64,000 nt of DNA from Planktothricoides raciborskii GIHE-MW2 (lineage in GTDB: Bacteria; Cyanobacteriota; Cyanobacteriia; Cyanobacteriales; Laspinemataceae): assembly GCF_040564635.1 (NCBI RefSeq), contig NZ_CP159837.1, positions 99,801-163,800 of the forward strand. The letters run 5' to 3'. The translations under genes and the position numbers were made by a program. Positions 19,576 to 29,960 of the stretch are shown piece by piece (the first letter of the stretch is position 1; every line of letters begins with the position of its first letter). The notes under the pieces are model-generated. The model ran no database searches. It had not been told where the DNA came from and saw only the letters and a program-made list of their open reading frames with translations.

Positions 19576-19655
19576 TTTGATTTCAATTACAGATCCAATT
19601 ACAGATCCAATTACAGATCCAATTACAGATCCAATTACAGATCCAATTACAGATG
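19576..19655. repeat. 12-mer tandem repeat (ATCCAATTACAG) x about 7
   Basis: The repeat is read directly and lies between the MCP start and the cheW stop. Confidence 0.9.
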
Positions 19656-19689
19656 AATCACCGAGCGAGATTTCCGGAGGTTTCCGGCG

Positions 19690-20160
19690 TCAAGAGCGAA
19701 CCGTCGGCAAGTCGGTGATTTCATCTGCGATCGTTAAGAGTTGCTCCACATTCAGTAACAGAATGATTCTTTCTCCGAGACGGATAATTCCGGAAATATA
19801 TTTGCTCGAAGCGCCGATCGCGTCTGGTGGGGGTTGAATCGCATTTGTGGGAATAGAAACAAATTCTCTGGCACTATCCGCGATCGCCCCCACAGTGCGG
19901 GTGCCAGTTTGAATCACAATCAGGCGAGTCCGCAGATTATATTCAGCTTTTTTTAAGCCTAACCGAGTGCGTAAATTGATCACCGGAATCACTTGTCCCC
20001 GGGAAAATACCACCCCCTCTACAAAATTTGGCGCATTGGGCACCGGAGTAATCGTTTCAATCATTTCCATTTGCTGGACTAACTTGGCCTGAATCGCATA
20101 ATTTGTCTGAGCAATTTCAAACAAAATAAAAGGCTCTGATGATTGCTGATCTAAATTCAT
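19690..20160 (-). CDS. cheW: CheW coupling protein
   Basis: It is a 156-aa single CheW-like domain (FVEGVVFSRGQVIPVINLRTRLGL). Confidence 0.85.
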   Translation of the reverse strand: MNLDQQSSEPFILFEIAQTNYAIQAKLVQQMEMIETITPVPNAPNFVEGVVFSRGQVIPVINLRTRLGLKKAEYNLRTRLIVIQTGTRTVGAIADSAREFVSIPTNAIQPPPDAIGASSKYISGIIRLGERIILLLNVEQLLTIADEITDLPTVRS

Positions 20161-20364
20161 AATTTATCAGTTATTAAATCTCTCTAGATTTACTAAATGT
20201 GTACTCACACCGGATATTTTTGCTGAATTAATTCTAGGATTGCCTGAAACAGTGAAAATATTCAGTATGGAATCCCTAGTATCCTTAATCTCCCGAATAT
20301 GCCTAGTATTCCTAGTATCCCTGGGGAATATCCCTGGGGAAATATTAGGTTTCCCTAGGAAAAC

Positions 20365-22776
20365 TTAGGTTTGGCTCCATTTTTCACTATCTTTACTTAA
20401 TCTAATTAAGGCCGACACATCCAGAATTAACACCACCCGACCATCCCCTAATTCTGTGGCTCCGGCTAAACCGGGAACTTGAATTAAGGGATCGCTCAGA
20501 GGTTGAACCACGATTTCCCGGCGACCAATAATCCGATCCACAATAATGCCGACAGTATTTAAATCTTTGCCAATAATCACCGCATGGAAACGATCTTGAT
20601 CTATTTGACTTAAGCCAAACAGGTGAGCTAACCGTCGGAGAGGCAAAACATCTTGGCGAAAAGAAAGCAGTTCGGTATAGCGATGCTGGACTTCCGAGAG
20701 TCCTTGATTTCCGCCTAAGCCGGCATTACAAGCAGCATTATGCTCCCAATTGTCCAGGGTGGTAATCTTGTGGGATTCCACTTCAATCACTTCCCGCACG
20801 GAAGACTCCGGCACGGCAAAAGTTTGCCCCCCTACGGAAACAATCAAGGCATCGGCGATCGCCAAGGTTAAAGGCAGTTCAATAGTAAACTTGGTTCCGC
20901 GTCCTGGGGCGGTGGTCAACGACAAAACCCCGCCTAGTTCCTGCACCGTATTTTTGACCACTGCCAAGCCCACCCCTCGACCGCTGGTCAGATCCGCCTG
21001 CTCTTTCGTGGAAAAGCCCGATAAACATAAAATATCCAATAAAGATATCAGGTCAACCTGGGTCTCAGAATCGAGTACGCTCATCTTTCTAGCCCTTTCT
21101 GTCACCTGGTTAACATCCACCCCGCGTCCATCATCTTCAATTTCCAGGATTACCATTTCCCCGGAAGTGGCCGCTCGCAGGGCTAAATTCCCCTGAGCCG
21201 GTTTTCCCGATTGTAATCGGTCTGATTCCGATTCCAGCCCATGACTAATGGCATTGCGGACAATATGTAACAGCGGATCCATCAATCGTTCGACGACATA
21301 CTTATCAATTTCTGTCTCCTCTCCCTTAATCTCCAGGTAAACTTTCTTGTGAGTCTCTCTGGCCACATCTCGCACCACAAACTGCATCCGCGAAAAGATT
21401 TGACCAATCGGCACTAAGCGCACTCGCATCACGCCCTGGCGCAAATCTCGCAATTGTCGCTCTAAAGTTTGGCTGGTTTCGCGAATGGGGCGTAAATGCT
21501 TCGTAGGGACGGTATTGCCCAGGCGAACTAATTGATCTTCCAGGCGAGCTCGACTAATCACCAGTTCTCCCAGCATCCGCATCAGATCGTCAAGTCGGGC
21601 TAAGTCCACCCGCACCACATTGGATGGCATCACGGAGACTCCGGGCGATCGCTTAGAAGGCGTCCCTTCCGGTCGGGGCGTCGGCACTGCTTCGGTAACT
21701 TCTTCTTCCCCGACTTCGGGAGATGTGACTGGCGTTTCTTCGGTAGGTTTTCCGGTCGGTTCTAGGGGTTTTGCTTGCTGAGTCATTGGTGCCTGAGTCA
21801 TCGGTGGGGGAGCCTGGGTTTCTGCCTCGGTGGTGACCGATTCTGTCGCCTCGGCGGGGGCGATCGCTTCCGGCTCAGGAGGGTAAAAGCGACGATAGCC
21901 GATCCCATCCTGTTCTGGATGGGGAAACAAGTTTTCATCGGCGCTGGTGGTAGCGACCACAAAATCAAACAGAGTTTTCCCCCCTGGCGCCAGCCGAGGC
22001 GAGGCATGAATTAAGTCGCCAATTTCTTGCAACCGACTGCGAATATAGTTGACATTAATCCCCCGTTCGGCTCGCTCGCGATCAGGGAAAAACTCAATAT
22101 GCCACGCTTGAGCGCCTTTTGTAATCGCCGTTTGTAACCGTTGCAACTCCTCTGGTTTTAATTGAACCGGGGACTCCTCTGGGGCGGGCGGCGGGGATGC
22201 AGGGGGGCTTGCCGTCGGCAGAGGAGCACAGGGGCCTGCCGACGGCAGAGGGGAAATATCTCCTCCGGCTCTCCCGCTCCCTTCCCCGCTCCCCCGCTCC
22301 TGGGCGACCAGGGGTGAATCGCCCCTAAAGCCGTTCCTGGGCAACTGGGCGGCAATTTGTCCCATGATGGCGCTGATATTTGGGGGCTCGGTTTTGGTGC
22401 GACGAGCGGCGATCGTCTCTTCTAACACTTTCACCCCAGCAATCACCGCTTCCATCGCTGACCGAGAAAGACTAACTTGTTCCTCTCGTAAAGCCCGAAG
22501 ACAACTCTCTAGTTGGTGAGCCAAGGCTTCAGCCTCTTTGATGCCCACCATCCCGGACAAACCTTTAAGAGTATGAAAACTCCGCAATAGTTCATCCACT
22601 AAAGACTTCATCTCTAGTTTTATTTCTGAAGTTAATTGTTCATTAATGATGTGATCCAGCAACGATTCTAAGGAAAGTAAATTACTCCGAATACTCGTGA
22701 GGTGGGTGTCACTTTCAGCAAAGTAATCGTCTAAGAATTCATCAAAAAATGGAGATTGTCCTTCATTCTCAGACAT
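20365..22776 (-). CDS. cheA: Chemotaxis histidine kinase CheA (P1-P5, no receiver)
   Basis: The domains are Hpt (SFHTLKGLSGMVG), a Pro-rich linker, a dimerization domain, an HATPase (HIVRNAISHG...GRGVGLAVVKN) and a C-terminal CheW-like domain. Confidence 0.9.
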   Translation of the reverse strand: MSENEGQSPFFDEFLDDYFAESDTHLTSIRSNLLSLESLLDHIINEQLTSEIKLEMKSLVDELLRSFHTLKGLSGMVGIKEAEALAHQLESCLRALREEQVSLSRSAMEAVIAGVKVLEETIAARRTKTEPPNISAIMGQIAAQLPRNGFRGDSPLVAQERGSGEGSGRAGGDISPLPSAGPCAPLPTASPPASPPPAPEESPVQLKPEELQRLQTAITKGAQAWHIEFFPDRERAERGINVNYIRSRLQEIGDLIHASPRLAPGGKTLFDFVVATTSADENLFPHPEQDGIGYRRFYPPEPEAIAPAEATESVTTEAETQAPPPMTQAPMTQQAKPLEPTGKPTEETPVTSPEVGEEEVTEAVPTPRPEGTPSKRSPGVSVMPSNVVRVDLARLDDLMRMLGELVISRARLEDQLVRLGNTVPTKHLRPIRETSQTLERQLRDLRQGVMRVRLVPIGQIFSRMQFVVRDVARETHKKVYLEIKGEETEIDKYVVERLMDPLLHIVRNAISHGLESESDRLQSGKPAQGNLALRAATSGEMVILEIEDDGRGVDVNQVTERARKMSVLDSETQVDLISLLDILCLSGFSTKEQADLTSGRGVGLAVVKNTVQELGGVLSLTTAPGRGTKFTIELPLTLAIADALIVSVGGQTFAVPESSVREVIEVESHKITTLDNWEHNAACNAGLGGNQGLSEVQHRYTELLSFRQDVLPLRRLAHLFGLSQIDQDRFHAVIIGKDLNTVGIIVDRIIGRREIVVQPLSDPLIQVPGLAGATELGDGRVVLILDVSALIRLSKDSEKWSQT

Positions 22777-22777
22777 C

Positions 22778-23155
22778 TTATCCCTCTTGATAATTCAACA
22801 AAACGTTGGCTTGTGCCGATAGCACTTGCGGTTCAAATGGTTTAGTGATATATCTTGAAGCTCCAGCCGCTAAAGCGGCGACACAACTGGCGTCGTCGTT
22901 GCGGGTTGTTAAAACAATTACCGGGATTTCTCGGTAGCTTTCGTGGTTCCGCACAAATTTAAGGACTTCTAAACCATGCATATCCGGCATATTTAAGTCT
23001 AATACCATTAAATCAACCGGACCAAAGACTAAACGCTCGATCGCTTCCAGGCCACTGCTGGCTTCATCGAACTTAACATTTTCTATTTTTTCTAAGGATT
23101 TTTTGACCATCCGTCGCATGGTAGAAGAATCATCAATTACCAAAATCTTTTTCAT
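22778..23155 (-). CDS. cheY: CheY-like single-domain response regulator
   Basis: MKKILVIDDSSTMRR..DLMVLDLNMPDMHG..ITKPF. The ORF track starts at 23224, but the conserved domain begins at MKKIL. Its stop overlaps the cheA start. Confidence 0.8.
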   Translation of the reverse strand: MKKILVIDDSSTMRRMVKKSLEKIENVKFDEASSGLEAIERLVFGPVDLMVLDLNMPDMHGLEVLKFVRNHESYREIPVIVLTTRNDDASCVAALAAGASRYITKPFEPQVLSAQANVLLNYQEG

Positions 23156-23276
23156 ACAATTTACCTCTAAGGTTGTACAAATAAAATCAAGCTTTATGGG
23201 ACTAAGTTTGGATGGAGTTATCAATGTTACTCCAATTTTAGGTGGCTGGGTTGATGAGTTCCCTGGGCTTGTTTGG

Positions 23277-24346
23277 TTATACCATGTCCTGAAAATCTTG
23301 GACTACGAAGTTTAACTCTTTAGTTGTATTTTTGGCTTGGGAAATGCCGATCGCAATCTGTGCCGCCAAGCGGTTAATTTCGTTCATCGCTAAAACAATC
23401 TGTTGCAGGGCAGTTTGCTGCTGTTTGGCGCTCATAGAGATTTGCTGATTACTCAGGGCTACTTCATTAATCGCTGACACAATTTTGTTCACCGTTTGGT
23501 TCGCTTGTTCCGTGACGGTGACGGAAGACTCCATCGACCGTTGGATCTGGCCGACGATCTCGCGAATTTTTTTAGCAGATTGTTTACTTTGCTCCGCCAA
23601 TTTGCGAATTTCCGCCGCCACGACCGCAAACCCCTTCCCATGATCTCCGGCTCTGGCTGCTTCCACAGCCGCATTCAGGGATAGCATATTAGTCTGACTG
23701 GCAATGTCCCCGACCAAATCAGAAATATTGGCAATCTGATTGCTCTGTTCGCTCAAGCGCAAAATTTGCTGAGAAATCCCATTCATAATTTGTTTGAGAG
23801 TTGGGTCTTGAGCAACCAGGAATTCTGGGTATTGCTCCACCAGTGCCAAAACTTCTCGCACTCGGTTAGCAGCAATTTCTGCTTGTTTGGTGGTTTGTTG
23901 AGAAGAGACATTTAACTGCTCAATAGTCACCGTGGTTTTATTCACCGAATTGGATTGACCCACGGTGGTGCGTTCTTGTTGTTCTACGGTAGTGGCAATC
24001 TGACTCGCTGAGGCCGCAATGATATTCATTGACTCGGTAATTCTGCCAGAAATCCGAGCGTGTTAGCCATGTACTGAGTCCGATCGCTACGATCCCAAAG
24101 ATAAAAGTACCGCCAACGATGATCCAACGCAACTGAGCGATCGCTCTTGAAGCCGTCATCTCTTGCACCGATTGAATTTGATCCGCTTGAAAAATCAAGG
24201 GATCTAGGGCATTGGTGAGTTGGTTGGACTGGGTAAACGTTGTATTGTAAAACATGAGCCACCAGATTACTTTTTGGCATTTTTGGATTAGCTTCGGAAG
24301 TCTCTTGGGTCAACTGTTGTGTAGTTTGCTGAATAATTTCACCCAA
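23277..24346 (-). pseudogene. Small MCP with an intact 250-aa signalling domain but a frameshifted N-terminal/TM region
   Basis: ORF 23277-24029 has [33 protein letters not shown]. The upstream TM segment (WIIVGGTFIFGIVAIGLSTW) and N-terminus lie in two other frames. A stop at about 24064 ends the signalling-domain frame. Confidence 0.5.
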
Positions 24347-24404
24347 CTGTTTCTGATTAGAGAGCGGTGTAGCGAATTTTTAACGGAGATGATCGCGAAA
24401 TCGT

Positions 24405-25649
24405 TTAGCCTTCTTGATTCACTACTAATTCATGCTCTGTAATCATTTTATTAAAATCAATCAATCCAAGGATTTTGTCTCGGTAGGGAGCCGTTCCCCG
24501 TAGATATTCATTATTGCCGGAATGTCCAGAAGTCGGTGCGGCCTTAATCTCATATGGCTGGAGGTAAATCACATCACAGACTTCATCAATCGTAATTCCC
24601 GCCACAATATCTTTCAGATGCACAACCATCGCTTTGGCTACGTCATTCACGCCGTCCCCAGAGAGGTTTAAAAACTGGCGAATATCTACTAAGGTGACAA
24701 TTTCACCTCGCAGGTTCATATTACCCAGAATAAAATCTGCACAACAAGGAACTGGAGTGATTTGTCGGATCTCCGTAAACTCCCGGACTAAGTTGAGATC
24801 CAAGCCAAAGTATTCTCCATTTAACATCACCACGGCTAAAGACATTAAACCAGCAATATCTTGGCGATCGCTGGCTAAAATTAAATTAGCCGCCCGCTCC
24901 CGAAAAATCGCTCGTTCTTCCAGAGTGGCTTCGGGACAAAAATACTCATAACCATCAACCCGAGGATCGCCGCGATCGGGCAACTCGGTGCTTTTGTCCC
25001 GGGAAGCCCCTGACATTGTTTCAGCCCCAGGTATTGCTTTGGGGGCTTCGCGAAGCGCCCCGAAGCGATACTTTTTTTGGGGGTCCGAGGTTCCAGCAAT
25101 AGGAGTCATCTCTGCTTCTGGGTCAAATCGATCCACCAACTCTGGATCTTCAGAACCACTTTGCCTCAGAGAAGGATTCTTTTTGCCTGGAAAGGGAATC
25201 AGGGGATTCACCACTTCAGAATACTCGATCAGATTTTGAGGATTGAGTAAGGTGACAATATCCGTATTGAGTTTGGCAAAACCCGCGACAAAATGGTGTG
25301 CTTCCGTGGTAATTTTGCGTCCGTAAGAAATTTGCGTCTGGATCAGGGCTGTTTCAATTTCTTTCACTTCTTCAACGGCGTTAACAATTATGCCCACACT
25401 GAAGCCTTGCCACTGGATCACAATCACGCTATCCGTAATCTGGTATTCCATCGAGCGATGGCCAAACCGCAACGCCAAATCCATCACGGGCAAAATATTT
25501 CCCCGCAAATTCAATACACCCACAATATCCCGTGGAGCCTCTTCAACCGGAGTCAACTCTGGCAAGAAGAAAATTTCTTGCACCACAGATGTTTCCAAAC
25601 CATAACGATGTTGATTAAGTTTAAAGATTAAATAAGATTTATGTTCCAT
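24405..25649 (-). CDS. Tandem-CheW-domain protein (CheW-CheW)
   Basis: Two CheW-like domains are present: residues 1-150 (VGVLNLRGNILPVMDL) and about 250-400 (ILGNMNLRGEIVTLVDI). Confidence 0.8.
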   Translation of the reverse strand: MEHKSYLIFKLNQHRYGLETSVVQEIFFLPELTPVEEAPRDIVGVLNLRGNILPVMDLALRFGHRSMEYQITDSVIVIQWQGFSVGIIVNAVEEVKEIETALIQTQISYGRKITTEAHHFVAGFAKLNTDIVTLLNPQNLIEYSEVVNPLIPFPGKKNPSLRQSGSEDPELVDRFDPEAEMTPIAGTSDPQKKYRFGALREAPKAIPGAETMSGASRDKSTELPDRGDPRVDGYEYFCPEATLEERAIFRERAANLILASDRQDIAGLMSLAVVMLNGEYFGLDLNLVREFTEIRQITPVPCCADFILGNMNLRGEIVTLVDIRQFLNLSGDGVNDVAKAMVVHLKDIVAGITIDEVCDVIYLQPYEIKAAPTSGHSGNNEYLRGTAPYRDKILGLIDFNKMITEHELVVNQEG

Positions 25650-26020
25650 TGTAACAATTCTGAGTCATTGATTAAACCGGCTTGTAAAAGCTTCTGTTTA
25701 AATATATCATTATTGGAGGTATTTGAAAGCCAGTTATAGTAAAAATTCAGGGGGCGGAAGTTGGCCTGAATTATCCCCCAGTCAAGCCGGTTTTTCTCAA
25801 GACAAATTTGCCCAAAAATTTAACAAAAATTTAACAAAAATTTAACACTTAATCCAAGTATAATCGGCGGGTATATCAAGGATGTAATGGGCGTAAAAAC
25901 CCTAGTTATTCCTCGCCTCTGCCCCCAGCTTAGGGGGCTTTCCCCGATTTTTACCGGACTGAGAGCCTCCTCTCAGCCCAAAGCATCACAAAGCATCAGA
26001 CCATTAGCCGCGAAAAAACC

Positions 26021-27796
26021 TTAATCTACTAATAGTTTTTTCATATACTTTAATAAATCTTCGACTTTGATTTGATCATCTTCCCGGCCAATCCAGGTAT
26101 TAATCGGCATTTTTTCTAACAAAAAAATTACATTAATTCTCATTTTCTTGGCTCTAGTAAAATCCCCTTCTTTTTCGTAAAGTTCTGCAATTTGCAAATA
26201 AGCATCAATTGAAGAAGGAAATAAATAGATAATTTTTCTTAAAATAGACTTAGCCGTATCCACATCTCCTTTTTCTTCCGCGATGCCTGCCATCAGATAA
26301 TAAGGTTCAATCCAGTTATAGTTTAGTTTAATTGCCTGATGACAATATTTTTCGGCTTCTAGATAGTTCCCTAAATTGGCAAAAGTTTTCGCCAGCAGAT
26401 AATAAGCTTCACAATTGTTCGGATCTACACTAATTATTTTTTTGGCGATTTTAATGACTTCAGAATATTGATGGGTTTTAAACAGTAAATTGAGTTCTTC
26501 CAGTTTGACATCCACGGATGTTTCCGCTGACGAGAGGCTGACCTCTGATTCTAAAGCCCCTAATTCCAAGGGTTCCGCAATGGGCGGCACGATACTCAAG
26601 GATAAAGAATCGTGAGGGCTGCCCGAAGCAATTGGCGTCATATTTGCATCCAGCTTGGGATTGATTAAATGATGTTTCAACCGAGAGTTGTGGGCTTTCG
26701 GGTGATGGGTGGGATGTAAGTAAGATGAAGATAACGAGTTAGAAAAATCAGCCGATCGCCCATTAGGGAGATCCACTGCGATCTGACCTTTGTGTGGCAG
26801 TTGTAGTTCTCCGGTATGTCCCGGATGGGTGTCTACAAAGTCTGACACTAAGGGTCGTTGATAAACCACCGATTCCGGAAAAACTTTCGTCGAAAACCCA
26901 TCAAGTTGCTGACCATAAAGTTCTGCATGGGCAGTGAACAAATAGCCCCCCGGTCTTAAGGTCTGATAAAATTTTCTCAGCACATGGGCGATCGCCTCCG
27001 CTTCAAAATAGACAAAAACATTGCGGCAGACAATCAAATCTATATTAGCGATATCGGCGCTAAAATCTGGGAAATTATCCTTGACTAAATTACCATATTC
27101 AAACTTGACTAACTGCTTAATTGAATCTTTGATTTGCCAGCCACTTTTTCCCGGAATAAAATAAGAATTTTTTTTCTGCTCATCCACGGTGCGAAATGAC
27201 CAAGAACCATATAGTCCTTTTTTGGCTTTTTTGATCGAATCGCTATTAATATCCGTGCCTACAATATGCAGATGCCAAAATTGCCAATCGGGAATTATTT
27301 CTGTGAGTAAAATCGCCAAAGAATAAGGTTCTTCACCCGTTGAGCAGCCCGCACTCCAGATTCGCAAGGTAGGCCGATCTTTTCCCTGTTGCTGCCAGAC
27401 TTTTCTTTGCTCGGCAATTAATTCGGGCAAAATGATATTCTTTAACAATAAAAATTGACCAGAATCTCTAAAAAAATAACTTTCTCCAGTGGTCAACAGT
27501 TGCAGCAGTTCTTTCCATTCCTTTTGACCGCCCATTTCTGATGATAGCCCATTATCACCATTGTCCATCGCCGGTTTCAAAGGATAAGAAAAAGGAGAAG
27601 AAAGCTGTAATTGGATTCGATTTTGGTAAGTATCTTTGCTTAAAAGCTGATAATACTCTTCTAAAGAAGATAATTTTAAGGCGTTGACACGCACCAAAAG
27701 CTTTCTCTGTAAAGTGTGCCAATCTTGGGGGCGAATGAATAACCCCGTATTATGGGCAATGATTTTAACAAAATGCTCGATTAAAAATTGATTCAT
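26021..27796 (-). CDS. CheR-type methyltransferase fused to a C-terminal TPR domain (FrzF/WspC-like)
   Basis: The N-terminal half is a CheR domain (FFRDSGQF, RIWSAGCSTGEEPYSLAILL, VCRNVFVYF). The C-terminal ~200 aa are TPR repeats (AYYLLAKTFANLGNYLEAEKYCHQAIKLN...). Confidence 0.8.
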   Translation of the reverse strand: MNQFLIEHFVKIIAHNTGLFIRPQDWHTLQRKLLVRVNALKLSSLEEYYQLLSKDTYQNRIQLQLSSPFSYPLKPAMDNGDNGLSSEMGGQKEWKELLQLLTTGESYFFRDSGQFLLLKNIILPELIAEQRKVWQQQGKDRPTLRIWSAGCSTGEEPYSLAILLTEIIPDWQFWHLHIVGTDINSDSIKKAKKGLYGSWSFRTVDEQKKNSYFIPGKSGWQIKDSIKQLVKFEYGNLVKDNFPDFSADIANIDLIVCRNVFVYFEAEAIAHVLRKFYQTLRPGGYLFTAHAELYGQQLDGFSTKVFPESVVYQRPLVSDFVDTHPGHTGELQLPHKGQIAVDLPNGRSADFSNSLSSSYLHPTHHPKAHNSRLKHHLINPKLDANMTPIASGSPHDSLSLSIVPPIAEPLELGALESEVSLSSAETSVDVKLEELNLLFKTHQYSEVIKIAKKIISVDPNNCEAYYLLAKTFANLGNYLEAEKYCHQAIKLNYNWIEPYYLMAGIAEEKGDVDTAKSILRKIIYLFPSSIDAYLQIAELYEKEGDFTRAKKMRINVIFLLEKMPINTWIGREDDQIKVEDLLKYMKKLLVD

Positions 27797-27880
27797 TAGA
27801 ATAGTTTTTTAATGGCGTTTAATAAAGGTAAGCTTCTGGCTTTTTTATACCAACTCATCCAAAAAAAATTGTGCGACAGC

Positions 27881-27965
27881 GATCAAATTAAGAATTCAAA
27901 TTAAGAATTCAAATTAAGAATTCAAATTAAGAATTCAAATTAAGAATTCAAATTAAGAATTCAAA
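27881..27965. repeat. 14-mer tandem repeat (AAGAATTCAAATTA) x6
   Basis: The repeat is read directly. Confidence 0.9.
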
Positions 27966-28183
27966 CTAAAAACCAAGAGTTAGGTATTCTATCAGAGGCA
28001 ACATAGCGGCCATAATCTAGGATACTCAAACGACACCGCGCATCAGCCCTCTGAGGTTCGCACACCCCTTTGAGGTCTAATTGGCCTAATTATTTAGGCA
28101 CTGCCTTGAGATCCTACCAAGGATTGCATTCAATGTTTCTCATTCCCGATCGCACTCTTTGACTATTTATAACAAAAAATGGC

Positions 28184-28357
28184 GATGTTTTAGCCAAGAT
28201 GTTTTAGCCAAGATGTCTTAGCCAAGATGTCTTAGCCAAGATGTCTTAGCCAAGATGTCTTAGCCAAGATGTCTTAGCCAAGATGTCTTAGCCAAGATGT
28301 CTTAGCCAAGATGTTTTAGCCAAGATGTTTTAGCCAAGATGTTTTAGCCAAGATGTT
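28184..28357. repeat. 13-mer tandem repeat (GCCAAGATGTYTTA) x about 13, abutting or overlapping the truncated 3' end of tnpB
   Basis: The repeat is read directly. Confidence 0.9.
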
Positions 28358-29720
28358 GACGGCGATCTTCGAGACAATCGAGGGTAAGGTGCTGGGGATG
28401 TTTGAAGCCAGAGTATTTTAGCTGCTCCACTTGGGGAAACCCCAAGACCGCACAGGCTCCCCAAGTCAGCATACTTCTGACTGTTTTAGACCTAATTTTT
28501 CTTCTTGACTTGGCTACCATAAGGGAAGACTCAAAGCGAGGTAGAAAAATTAATCCATAGTTATTAGTCAGGTAATGGGCTGCTTTTTTATGCACTTCGT
28601 CAATTAAGTTTTGGATCTTTTCTCGAATCCGATTAGCCGCTTTTCTCATGGAACGGCGTCGTTTGGCATTCACTTTAGTCGAGCGACTAATTAAATCATA
28701 TTCGTGTTGACATCATCGAGTAATTCGACCCATGTCGCCGTTGCCAATTTCAATGACTCGATCGCCGTCATACCCAGTCAAAAAAGTTCTGACCCCAGGG
28801 TCTAAGGCAATTATTTTCCTTGAAGATGTATGACTTTTAATTACAGGTTCAGGAAAAACAGCGAACCATTTACCACGCCGATAAGTCAATTGAGTGCCAT
28901 AATCCCATTTATCTGGTATAGGTTCACTTGCCTTAAACTTAAGCGTATTTGTTAACCTGCTATACCATGTTCCTTTGGTGAAATTGTCATCATTGAATTT
29001 GATGGTCTGTCGGGGGTTACGGACACTTCGGAATCGGGCATCACGGCTCGCTTTATAGGCTTGATGTGCGTCAAAGATAGCATTTTGTCTGATATGGCAA
29101 GGCGTTTCTTTAACCCACTGAGGTAAATCCGATTGCATGACCAGATTTCGCAATTTTAGCTTACCAATCCGAGTCGTTGATTGACGCTGCATGGCGATCG
29201 CTTGGTTAAAACAATAACGGCAAGCCGCCCGCCATTTTTTCCAAATTTTTTCCAGTTCAGGACTGGGATAAATCCGGATCTTCTTTGATTGCAGACTTAT
29301 ATTTTGTAAGTCTGTAGAGTTGGCGACTGAAGATGTGAACAATGGCAAGGATGTCCTCAACCAATTCTCGTTCTGGGGATAAACTGTCTTGGTTGAGAAC
29401 CAAGATTTTTGTGCCGTCAAGTTCACACAACCAGGAAATGAGATCAAACCCGAAACGGACAAGTCTGTCTCTGTGGGCAACCACAATAAATCCGACATCG
29501 CCTTGACGGACTCGCTCCAAAATGGCTCTAAGTCCTTTTCTTTTGAAATTAAGACCACTGGCGATATCAGTGACGAGCTCGGCGTTAGGGTAGAGTTCGA
29601 GTAATTTTGCAGCTTGGCGATCGAGGTCTGCTTTTTGTCCACGGCTTGAAACGCGGGCGTAAGCGATAATTGCCCGTTGCGTTCTCTCGTTTGAAATTCC
29701 CGTGTAAGACGCAATATCAT
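28344..29720 (-). pseudogene. tnpB: TnpB (OrfB, RuvC-like) split into two ORFs and lacking the zinc finger and RuvC-III
   Basis: ORF 28713-29720 has the N-terminal region and RuvC-I (IALDPGVRTFLTGYDGD). ORF 28344-28673 has the RuvC-II region (RRKIRSKTVRSMLTW). After that the sequence runs into the 13-mer array. Confidence 0.7.
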
Positions 29721-29844
29721 ATCGCCTCTGCCCTGATGGTGTTCTTATGGCTTGAATCTTGCCGTCTCTTTCCCATCTTCTTAGGGTATGTAAGCATACA
29801 CCAAAGTATTGAGAGGTTTCACTTGGTGATGTATATTTCGGCAT
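29257..29844 (-). CDS. tnpA: IS607-type serine-recombinase transposase TnpA
   Basis: It has an N-terminal HTH plus a resolvase-domain catalytic Ser context YARVSS. Confidence 0.8.
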   Translation of the reverse strand: MPKYTSPSETSQYFGVCLHTLRRWERDGKIQAIRTPSGQRRYDIASYTGISNERTQRAIIAYARVSSRGQKADLDRQAAKLLELYPNAELVTDIASGLNFKRKGLRAILERVRQGDVGFIVVAHRDRLVRFGFDLISWLCELDGTKILVLNQDSLSPERELVEDILAIVHIFSRQLYRLTKYKSAIKEDPDLSQS

Positions 29845-29960
29845 TTAGCTCGCTTGTTGTGTACTCGTCTAGCTTAACGCAATTGTTCAGCTTTGTCAAT
29901 CGTTGTTCAGTGAATTGGCGCGCCAGGAAGAGACTCTATGATTGATCCTGCATCCGGGCT

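Larger units (their letters stand above)
28344..29850 (-). mobile_element. IS607-family insertion sequence with overlapping tnpA (serine recombinase) and tnpB
   Basis: TnpA at 29257-29844 has a MerR-like HTH (CLHTLRRWERDGKI) and a resolvase core (IAYARVSSRGQKADLDRQ). TnpB overlaps its 3' end. Confidence 0.8.

Noticed and set aside
22158-22355. Pro/Arg-rich ORFs (21798-22007, 22158-22355) inside cheA
   Set aside because: They are antisense or alternate-frame readings of the proline-rich P1-P2 linker coding region of CheA.
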